NCBI RefSeq assembly: GCF_000195755.1
Contig: NC_005863.1
Span: forward strand, 120,001-152,000
Reading direction: 5' to 3'
Origin: Nitratidesulfovibrio vulgaris str. Hildenborough
Lineage (GTDB): Bacteria; Desulfobacterota; Desulfovibrionia; Desulfovibrionales; Desulfovibrionaceae
DNA length: 32,000 nt
This document shows positions 9,018-16,115 of this stretch, one piece after another. The notes under the pieces were generated by a model that had not been told where the DNA came from, made no database searches, and saw only the letters and a program-made list of their open reading frames with translations. The position numbers were made by a program, and so were the translations under genes. Each line of letters begins with the position of its first letter. Position 1 is the stretch's first letter.

Positions 9018-9087
9018 CAATTGCACTATATGTCTCGCGCAGGATATGTCAATTGACATCTTTTGCGACGAGCTTATAGTGCAACTG
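9018..9087. promoter_or_regulatory. Long-range inverted repeat (candidate operator pair) bracketing the MFS promoter
   Basis: caaTTGCACTATA (9018-9030) matches the reverse complement of TATAGTGCAActg (9075-9087). The 10-bp core is perfect and 12 of 13 positions match. A third CAATTGCAC copy lies at 8882-8890. Confidence 0.5.
9053..9080 (+). promoter_or_regulatory. Near-consensus sigma-70-type promoter for the MFS gene
   Basis: TTGACA (9053-9058), a 16-nt spacer, then TATAGT (9075-9080), 83 nt upstream of the ATG at 9163. The -10 hexamer lies inside the right arm of the inverted repeat. Confidence 0.5.
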
Positions 9088-9162
9088 TGACAGGTTGAAC
9101 CGCGTCGCACAGACGGTACCCGCAGCCCGTCGCGCCCATCATTCTCGAACCACGGACGCGCC

Positions 9163-10374
9163 ATGAACACGCACCTCATCACGGCCCTGTGCTCTGTCGG
9201 CTTTCTTGCCCGGTTCTCCTACGCCCTTGCCCGCAACCCCGTCCTGCCCCTCTTCGCCCTGTATCTGGGCGCAGGGCCCGAGGCCATCGGGCTGGCCGTG
9301 GGCATCTCCACGGTGACGGGCATCTTCTTCAAGATGCCTGCCGGGGCCATCTCGGACATCATCGGACGCCGCAGGACGATGCTGGCGGGGCTTTGTTTCT
9401 TCGCCTTCGTCCCGTTCCTGTACTTCTTCATCTCCAGCTACGAGGCCCTCGTGGCCGTACGCTTCCTGCACGGATTCGCCACGGCCATCTACGGCCCTGT
9501 CGCCATGGCGGTGGTCGCCGACGTGGCAGGCGCGAGAAAGGGCGAGATGCTGTCGTGGTTCTCGTCCGTCGCCATTCTCGGAACGCTTGCCGGTGCCCCG
9601 GTGGGTGGCCTGCTGGTCTCGCTTCTTGGCGGCGTGCAGGGGGCCACGGCCACGACGTTCCATGCGGTCTACGGCATCGTGGCGGTCACGGGGCTTGCCG
9701 CCCTGCTGCTGGGCGTGAAGATACTGCTCAAGGAGGAGACGGCAGCCGGGGCCGTGCAGGGTTCGCGATGGGAACGCTTCGTCTCCGGCATCCGCGAGGT
9801 CTCCGGAGACAGGCGGGTCGTCGCCGCCTCTGCCATGGAGGGCGTGCAGAACATGTCCATGGGGGCGCTTGAGGCCTTCCTGCCCGTGTATGCGGTGACG
9901 GTGGCGGGTCTCTCGGCGTTCGAGGCCGGGCTTCTGTGGGCGGGGCAGGTGGTGACCACCATGCTTGCCAAGCCCCTCATGGGCAGGTTCTCGGACGGGC
10001 ACGGGCGCAACGGACTCATCGTCGCCGGGCTGCTGTGCTGTGCCGTGCCCTTCGCCCTCATCCCCCTGCTGCGCGACTTCACGTCGCTGTTCCTCGCATG
10101 CCTCGTGTTCGGACTGGGCGAGGCGCTTGTCACCTCGTCTTCAGCCGCGCTGGTGGCAGACCTTTGCAAGGCCCGCAACTATGGCACCGCCATGGGCGTG
10201 TTCGGAACCATCTTCGACATCGGGCATGCCTCCGGCCCCATCCTGGGCGGCGTACTCGTGGGCCTGCTGGGCTACGGATGGGCCTTCGGCATCATGTCGC
10301 TGGTGCTGGTGGCCAGCATTCCGTTCTTCATCGCCGCCATGCGCGGCAACGGCGTACAGGAAGGACAGGCCTGA
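9163..10374 (+). CDS. MFS transporter (12-TM type)
   Basis: 403 aa, hydrophobic throughout. It carries an MFS loop motif, GAISDIIGRRRTMLAGL, between TM2 and TM3 and a repeated second half (GRFSDGHGRNGLIVAG). Confidence 0.9.
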   Translation: MNTHLITALCSVGFLARFSYALARNPVLPLFALYLGAGPEAIGLAVGISTVTGIFFKMPAGAISDIIGRRRTMLAGLCFFAFVPFLYFFISSYEALVAVRFLHGFATAIYGPVAMAVVADVAGARKGEMLSWFSSVAILGTLAGAPVGGLLVSLLGGVQGATATTFHAVYGIVAVTGLAALLLGVKILLKEETAAGAVQGSRWERFVSGIREVSGDRRVVAASAMEGVQNMSMGALEAFLPVYAVTVAGLSAFEAGLLWAGQVVTTMLAKPLMGRFSDGHGRNGLIVAGLLCCAVPFALIPLLRDFTSLFLACLVFGLGEALVTSSSAALVADLCKARNYGTAMGVFGTIFDIGHASGPILGGVLVGLLGYGWAFGIMSLVLVASIPFFIAAMRGNGVQEGQA

Positions 10375-10706
10375 CGAAGGGGGGCGCGCAGTTGGCCGAG
10401 ATAGAGGCGCAAAACGATGACATGGGGTGTACAGACGCGCACAGGCGCGCACGGGCGGAACGGGAACAGGGCTGTCAGGGCACGCCTGCCCCTCGGGCGG
10501 CATGAGGCGATGGCAGGACAGCAACGCACCTGCGCGTGACGCAGTGGCACGGTGCGGCGACACTCCCGGCACGCCTCGGGGACACGGGACAGACACGCGC
10601 GTCGCCACAGGTCGGCACGACCACGCCAAGGGGTGACTTGACGGGCACCACGTTCATGTCCATAGCATGTAACCATGTGCACACCCGCCCCGCAGGAGTA
10701 TACGCC

Positions 10707-12206
10707 ATGACAGCCCCCCTCACCGCACGGCACCAGACGCCAGACGCCCCTGCCGCGACGCCAGCCACCGCGGCAGGGGCGCAAGACCCGCACGCCCCCC
10801 CAATGGCGCCCCGGACAGCCTCCCTACCGGCCCGGTCACCCGCCCGGCCGCCTGCCAGACTGCCCGCCCGTTTGCATGTGGAGGTGACCACCCGGTGCAA
10901 TCTCCAGTGCCCCATGTGCGTGAAACAGGCGCAAGGCTGCCGCATCGAAGAGGCCGACCTGCCTCTTGCGCTCTTCATGCGCCTCGGCAGCGTGTTGCCG
11001 TCGGTACGCAGCCTCGTGCTGAACGGCATCGGCGAACCCCTGCTGCACCCCGACCTGCCCGAGATGCTGCGCTTCGCCCGCAGCCTCATGCCCCCTGACG
11101 CCAGCATCGGCTTCCAGACCAACGGCCACCTCTTCACCCCCGACCTCGCACGACAGGTGGTGGAGGCGGGGGTAGACCGGCTGTGCCTTTCGGTGGATTC
11201 ACTCGGCAGCCCCGACAGCATGTCCGCACCCGGATGCCCGCACGGCGAAACGTTGCGCGCCGACATGGGCCACGGGGGCGGCAGACCGGACATCGTGGCG
11301 CAGCGTCTCGCCTCCGTCATGACCATGCTGCGCGCCATCCCCTCGCCGCGCCCGCACGGGCTGCAACTGGGGTGCGAGTTCGTGCTCCTGCGCGACAACG
11401 CCCATGAACTGCCCCGGGTTGTGCGCTGGGCCGCGCAGCAGGGCGCGTCGTTCATGCTGGTCTCGCACGTGCTGCCCTATGACGCCAAGACGGCGGAACA
11501 GTCGCTCTTCAGCGCCGACACCGCCGAGGCGCTGGCGTTCGTCGCCGCGCACCGCCAGAGGGCCGCGGAACAGGGGCTGGACATCTCGACCTACTTCGAC
11601 GTGCTGTGGAAGTTCCACAAGTCACCGCAGGAGAAGGCCGTCGTGGACTACGTGGGGGCCATGCAGGACGAGGCCGTGGCGCACGGGCTGTCACTGCATC
11701 TGCGAAGGCTGCTCGACCCGCACAGGGGAGAAACGGTCGCGCTGTCGCCACAGGCACTCGAAGCCCTGTTCGCCGAGGCACAGGCCGAGGCCGACCGCGC
11801 GGGCCTCGACCTCTCGCTGCCGCAGACAGGGGCGCGGCTGGACAGGCACTGCGCGTTCATCGAAGAGGGCGCGGCCTTCATCGCCGCCGACGGCGGGGCG
11901 CACCCGTGCCAGTTTCTCTGGCACCGCTACGCCTGTCATCTCGACGGCGCGACCAAGCAGGTGTACCCGCGCCGCTTCGGGTCGCTGGCGGAGACACCCC
12001 TCGAGGAGATGTGGGACGGAGAGGCATGGCGGGCCTTCCGTGACGAGGTGCTGGCCTACGACTACCCCGACTGCACCAACTGCCCCACCGTGCCCTGCGA
12101 CGACATCACGGGCACGTTCGGCGACTTCGAGATGGACTGCCACGGTGTCACCGTGCCCTGCGGGCACTGCCCGTGGTGCCTTGGCGGCGTGCAGTGCCTC
12201 GATTGA
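10707..12206 (+). CDS. Radical SAM enzyme with a C-terminal SPASM/twitch-type Cys-rich domain
   Basis: An AGGAG RBS lies 8 nt before the ATG at 10707. The CxxxCxxC motif is in VTTRCNLQCPMC, followed by LNGIGEPLLHPD. The C-terminal Cys clusters are CAFIEEGAAFIAADGGAHPC, YPDCTNCPTVPC and CGHCPWC. The start is uncertain, with in-frame alternatives upstream to 10536. Confidence 0.85.
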   Translation: MTAPLTARHQTPDAPAATPATAAGAQDPHAPPMAPRTASLPARSPARPPARLPARLHVEVTTRCNLQCPMCVKQAQGCRIEEADLPLALFMRLGSVLPSVRSLVLNGIGEPLLHPDLPEMLRFARSLMPPDASIGFQTNGHLFTPDLARQVVEAGVDRLCLSVDSLGSPDSMSAPGCPHGETLRADMGHGGGRPDIVAQRLASVMTMLRAIPSPRPHGLQLGCEFVLLRDNAHELPRVVRWAAQQGASFMLVSHVLPYDAKTAEQSLFSADTAEALAFVAAHRQRAAEQGLDISTYFDVLWKFHKSPQEKAVVDYVGAMQDEAVAHGLSLHLRRLLDPHRGETVALSPQALEALFAEAQAEADRAGLDLSLPQTGARLDRHCAFIEEGAAFIAADGGAHPCQFLWHRYACHLDGATKQVYPRRFGSLAETPLEEMWDGEAWRAFRDEVLAYDYPDCTNCPTVPCDDITGTFGDFEMDCHGVTVPCGHCPWCLGGVQCLD

Positions 12207-12350
12207 ACGGCGCGCCGGACATGGCGCGGAGAGACCGTGAAGCTGGCGCAGGCGCGCAAGGGCGAAGCACGAACATACGGCTGCACTGGCTTCCGGCTTC
12301 CTTGAGCTGACGCGGGCACGCAAGGTCGAAGACAGCCGCCCCCCGCAAGG

Positions 12351-13400
12351 TCAGACGAAGCACCCCGCCAGCACCGGGTCGTCGTCGAGCATGGCCCGCA
12401 CTTCGGGCAGGCAGTCGCGCAGCGACAGCACGGTGAAGAAGTCGTCCTTGACCGACGGCGCCACGCGCACCGCCTCAAGCCATTCCGCCTTGCTGAACGG
12501 GTCGGCGCGTATGGCGTCCCAGAAGCCCGTCTTCGTGAACAGCCTGTCGATGGTGGCCGTCTCCTGCCGCTGGAGGCGGCGCATGAGGTAGGTCGCCACC
12601 CCCACCTGCAACCCGTGCAGGCGCGGACGTGACGCCGTGGCGTCCAGCGCGTGCGAGACGAGGTGCTCGCTGCCGCTGGCGGGGCGCGACGAGGCGCAAA
12701 TCTCCATGGCGATGCCGTTGAGCATCAGCGCCGTACCGAGCAGGCTCATGCCCTGCGCGTCGAAGGCGGGCGCGGCCATGAACTGCCGCACGGTGGCGTC
12801 GGAGAGGAGCGCGGCGAGGTCGTTCACCGGTTCGCCCGTGTTGTGGAAGGCCAGCTTCCAGTCCACCACGGCGGAGAGTTTCGAGGCAAGGTCGCCCACC
12901 CCCGACAGCCAGAGGATGCGCGGTGCAGACAGGCACACATCCACGTCGATGACCACGCCCTGCGGCAGCCTTGCGGCCAGCGACCTGCGCCTGCCGTTGA
13001 GGGTGAGACTCGCCTGCGGGCTGCAGAAGCCGTCGTTGGACAGCGAGGTCGGCGCGGCGAAATAGGGTACGCCAGCCAGAAAGGCCATGTACTTGGCCAT
13101 GTCCAGCGCCTTGCCGCCCCCAAGCCCCACGATGGCGCCGACCTTGGCGGGCAGTGCCGCGAAGTCGTGCACCACCTCTTCGAAGGTGTTGTCCGCGACC
13201 TCGGCCCATGACGCGGCCTCGACGCCCTCCTGCGCGAAGCCCCCGCGCACGGCCTCGACCACCGGCTGCGGCAGCCCCGTGCTGGCAAGGACGGCGACCC
13301 GCACGTACCCGCCACGGCGCAGGTACACGCCAAGGCGCGCCAGCGCGCCGGGCTTGATGCGCACCAGCCCCGGCACGGAAATGTATGTGGCCCGGTTCAT
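12351..13400 (-). CDS. sn-Glycerol-1-phosphate dehydrogenase family enzyme (AraM/EgsA-like, Fe-ADH_2 superfamily)
   Basis: A GGAGGAGGG RBS precedes the start. Motifs GLGGGKALDMAKY, FAAPTSLSNDGFCSPQASL, GVGDLASKLSAVVDWKL and SGSEHLVSHALD match my recollection of the G1PDH NAD/Zn/substrate motifs (PTAASHDGIASP, SGSEH.FSHALD). Confidence 0.8.
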   Translation of the reverse strand: MNRATYISVPGLVRIKPGALARLGVYLRRGGYVRVAVLASTGLPQPVVEAVRGGFAQEGVEAASWAEVADNTFEEVVHDFAALPAKVGAIVGLGGGKALDMAKYMAFLAGVPYFAAPTSLSNDGFCSPQASLTLNGRRRSLAARLPQGVVIDVDVCLSAPRILWLSGVGDLASKLSAVVDWKLAFHNTGEPVNDLAALLSDATVRQFMAAPAFDAQGMSLLGTALMLNGIAMEICASSRPASGSEHLVSHALDATASRPRLHGLQVGVATYLMRRLQRQETATIDRLFTKTGFWDAIRADPFSKAEWLEAVRVAPSVKDDFFTVLSLRDCLPEVRAMLDDDPVLAGCFV

Positions 13401-13569
13401 GCCTTCCCTCCTCCGGTCTGCGGTACGTGGGTCACGTCACCCCCAATCTCGCATGTCCGGGACGATTTGGACACCCCCGGAGGGCTTGTGGCTGGCGACG
13501 TGGCGACACGCGACGCACCGCACATCAGGCACACCGGCCCGTCAGGCCCGTCAGATATGTCAGGCAAGC

Positions 13570-15753
13570 CTAGGGCTTGCGGCGCGTGAAGGACAACATG
13601 GTGATGTCGTCCGACTGTTCGGCCTCGCCCCGGAAGGCCAGCAACGCCTCGTGAACGCCCGTGAGCATGTCGGCAGGCGTGCTGGCGCGGTGCGCGGCGA
13701 CCACGTCATGCAGCCGCACCATGTCGAAGAGTTCCAGTGCCGGGTTCATGGCCTCGGTCACGCCGTCGGTGTAGACGAGGCAGGTCTGCCCCTCCTCCAG
13801 CGTCGCCGTGAAGCCCTCGTAGTCCACATCCTCGAACGCCCCCACCATCGGGCCGCTGATGCCCTCCAGTTCAAAGGGCGGGGCAGTGCCCTCGCAGTCC
13901 ACGACGCAGGGCTGGCAGTGCCCGCCGTTGGCGTATTCCAGCACGCCCGTCTGCGGGTCGAAGGCGGCGATGAACAGCGTCACGAACATGCAGCCGGGGT
14001 TGTTCTGCGCCAGCTGCGCGTTGACGCGCATCATGGCCTCGGCGGGCGACAGCCCCTGCGCCACGGCGTACCGGCACAGGGTGACCACCATCGCCATGAA
14101 CAGGGCCGCGGGCACGCCCTTGCCGGAGACGTCGCCGATGACGAACACCTGTCTGCCGTCGGGCGCGGTGAGAAAGTCGTAGAGGTCGCCGCCCACCTCC
14201 TTGGCGGGTTCGAGGAAGGCGTGGGCCGAGAAGCCCGGACGCACGGGGCACGCGTCGGGCGCGGGCAGGATGCCCATCTGGATGTCGCGCGCGGCGTCGA
14301 GTTCACCCTGAATGCGCTCCTTGGCGGCTGTGGTCTCCATGAGGGCGCGCACGTTGCGCGACAGCGCCTCGCCCATGAAGGCGAAGGCCCGCGCCAGTTG
14401 CCCCACCTCGTCGCTGCGCCGGGTGAACAGCCCCTCGGCGGCGAAGGTCGCGGCGTCGGGCGCGCTGAAGTCCAGCGACGACAGCGCATGGGCCTTGCGC
14501 GTGAGCATCCGCAACGGGGCGATGAGACGTGCGGTGATGCCGAGGGTCGCCGCAAGGCTGACCAGCACGGCGATGGCGGCAAGGAACGACAGCTTGCGCA
14601 CCAGCGCGTTGGTGGGGGCCTCTATCTCGGCCACCGGGGCGGCGGAGACGACATACCAGTCGAGGGCCTTGAAGTACGCGATGCGGAAGATGGCCTGACC
14701 GAGGGGCGACGACGCGGCAGAGACCACCTCGACCCGGCCCTGTGCCCGCGCCGTGGCGAGGGCGTCGGCGGGGATGGTGCCGTCGCTGCGCCCAAGCGGG
14801 TTGCCTTCGTGGGCCAGCACCTCGCCCCTGCCGGACAGGAGCGCGATGTAGCCGCTGCCGCTCAGCTTCAGGGTGGCGAACTTCTCTTGCAGGCTGCGGA
14901 TGATCTGTTGTTCGCTGAAGAGCGCCTGCTTCTCGATGTCGGACAGCAGCAGCGCGGAGACGGCGACACTCTCGCCGTCGGGCATGGGCAGGAAGTAGAC
15001 CAGCATGGGCGCGCCGGACGGGGCTACGGCTGTGCCGGTGGCGGGTGTGGCGGCAGAGGCAACGGGCGCTGGCGTCTGTGCATCCGCCTGTGCGTCCGCC
15101 TGTACGCCGGTCGGGACTGACGAAGCCGTATCGCCTTGCGCCGTCGCGAGGGGCAGCCCGTCAACGATAGCCGCGCCGGGGGCAGCGGCAGTGCCGGAAG
15201 CGACAGAGGCACCGACAGCGGACGCACCGCCCGAGGCTTCGAGCACGGCGAACTCGCCGTCCTGCGGCAAAAGCACCGGAGACAGCAGCGACCGCACCGG
15301 GCGACCCTTGAAGTCGGTACGCGACGGGTCGGCGAGCACAGTGCCGAGAAGCCCCGTCCCGGCCCGCGGGCGGCCCTGCGCGTCGACGATGTCCATGTGC
15401 ACGCCGAATTCGGCGAGACGCCCTATCCAGTTGGCGACGAACCGTTCGCGCACGTCGGGCGGCATCTGCGCCACATCCTGCCATGTGGCCCGCGCAAGCT
15501 GGGTGAAACGACGCAGCTGTTCCTTGCGCAGCAGCACGTCGACGACCTTGTTGCTGAGCAGGTTGAGGTAGCGCGAGTCGATGCCGTCTTCCATCAGGGT
15601 GATGACGTTGCCGAAGGCCTCGCGTTCGAGTTCGGCGTTGGACTGCCGCAGGTCGCGGTAGGTGAACGAGATGATGGGCACGGTCGCCAGCGCGATGGAG
15701 CACGCCACGAGAAGAAAGAGCTTGGTTCTGAGCGAGATGGTCATGGCTGGCAT
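13570..15753 (-). CDS. Membrane sensor Ser/Thr phosphatase: TM, periplasmic sensor region, TM, HAMP, then PP2C/SpoIIE domain
   Basis: The N-terminal TM is LFLLVACSIALATVPII, the second TM is LSFLAAIAVLVSLAATLGI, followed by a HAMP-like ARLIAPLRMLTRKAHALS. The SpoIIE signature is AARDIQMGILP...GGDLYDF...FVIGDVSGKGVPAALFMA...ANGGH...YTDGVTEA. An alternative start at ATG 15744 overlaps the stop of the upstream small ORF as ATGA. Confidence 0.9.
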   Translation of the reverse strand: MPAMTISLRTKLFLLVACSIALATVPIISFTYRDLRQSNAELEREAFGNVITLMEDGIDSRYLNLLSNKVVDVLLRKEQLRRFTQLARATWQDVAQMPPDVRERFVANWIGRLAEFGVHMDIVDAQGRPRAGTGLLGTVLADPSRTDFKGRPVRSLLSPVLLPQDGEFAVLEASGGASAVGASVASGTAAAPGAAIVDGLPLATAQGDTASSVPTGVQADAQADAQTPAPVASAATPATGTAVAPSGAPMLVYFLPMPDGESVAVSALLLSDIEKQALFSEQQIIRSLQEKFATLKLSGSGYIALLSGRGEVLAHEGNPLGRSDGTIPADALATARAQGRVEVVSAASSPLGQAIFRIAYFKALDWYVVSAAPVAEIEAPTNALVRKLSFLAAIAVLVSLAATLGITARLIAPLRMLTRKAHALSSLDFSAPDAATFAAEGLFTRRSDEVGQLARAFAFMGEALSRNVRALMETTAAKERIQGELDAARDIQMGILPAPDACPVRPGFSAHAFLEPAKEVGGDLYDFLTAPDGRQVFVIGDVSGKGVPAALFMAMVVTLCRYAVAQGLSPAEAMMRVNAQLAQNNPGCMFVTLFIAAFDPQTGVLEYANGGHCQPCVVDCEGTAPPFELEGISGPMVGAFEDVDYEGFTATLEEGQTCLVYTDGVTEAMNPALELFDMVRLHDVVAAHRASTPADMLTGVHEALLAFRGEAEQSDDITMLSFTRRKP

Positions 15754-16115
15754 GTCCGGTGAGGCGTTGCAGGTTCATGGATACGGAAGGCGGACAGGGG
15801 GCGGGCCGTCCCGTCCGTGGCGCAGCCTGTGGTGCGACAGGTGATACTGTGGGCGATACTGGTGACGGGATTGGGGGCGTTGCGACGGGCCGTGGCGCTG
15901 TCATTGCGGATGATGACGCCGCAGGCAGGGAGAGTCGTGTCGCCGCCCACATCGACGCCCACGCGGGGCCCCATGGCGTGAAGGACACCACCGGACACCG
16001 TGTCCGACGCGAGGCCCACGGTACCGGAGACGCGACAGGCGATACGGGTGACGGGATTGGGGACAGCGTCGGGGCGGTGGCGTCCCTTGCCCCACGGGCG
16101 ACACGGAGACATCAT
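15741..16115 (-). CDS. Candidate hypothetical protein (124 aa) with an internal PNPVT(R/S)IA repeat, translationally coupled on both sides
   Basis: The ATG at 16115 overlaps the EBP stop (ATGA, 16112-16115). Its own TGA at 15741-15743 overlaps ATG 15744 of the phosphatase (ATGA). By hand count third codon positions are about 80 percent G/C with a C preference, like neighbouring genes. No homology was recognised. Confidence 0.45.
   Translation of the reverse strand: MMSPCRPWGKGRHRPDAVPNPVTRIACRVSGTVGLASDTVSGGVLHAMGPRVGVDVGGDTTLPACGVIIRNDSATARRNAPNPVTSIAHSITCRTTGCATDGTARPLSAFRIHEPATPHRTCQP
15830..16085. repeat. Two ~60-bp imperfect direct repeats 186 bp apart
   Basis: The core GGCGATAC(T/G)GGTGACGGGATTGGGG at 15852-15876 and 16038-16062 matches at 24 of 25 positions. 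Both copies are preceded by GCGACAGG and followed by (C/G)GTGGCG. Copy 1 also has a 12-bp mini-duplication, gtgatactgtgg/gcgatactggtg. Confidence 0.85.

Noticed and set aside
10375-10706. TGGCACGGTGCGGC near 10544-10557 as a sigma-54 promoter for the radical SAM gene
   Set aside because: The GG-to-GC spacing is one nucleotide too short (N9), and sigma-54 promoters are strict on this spacing.
13087-15120. 677-aa plus-strand ORF
   Set aside because: It is antisense to the G1PDH-family gene and the SpoIIE phosphatase. Composition is low-complexity and Arg/Gly-rich, so it is a shadow ORF.
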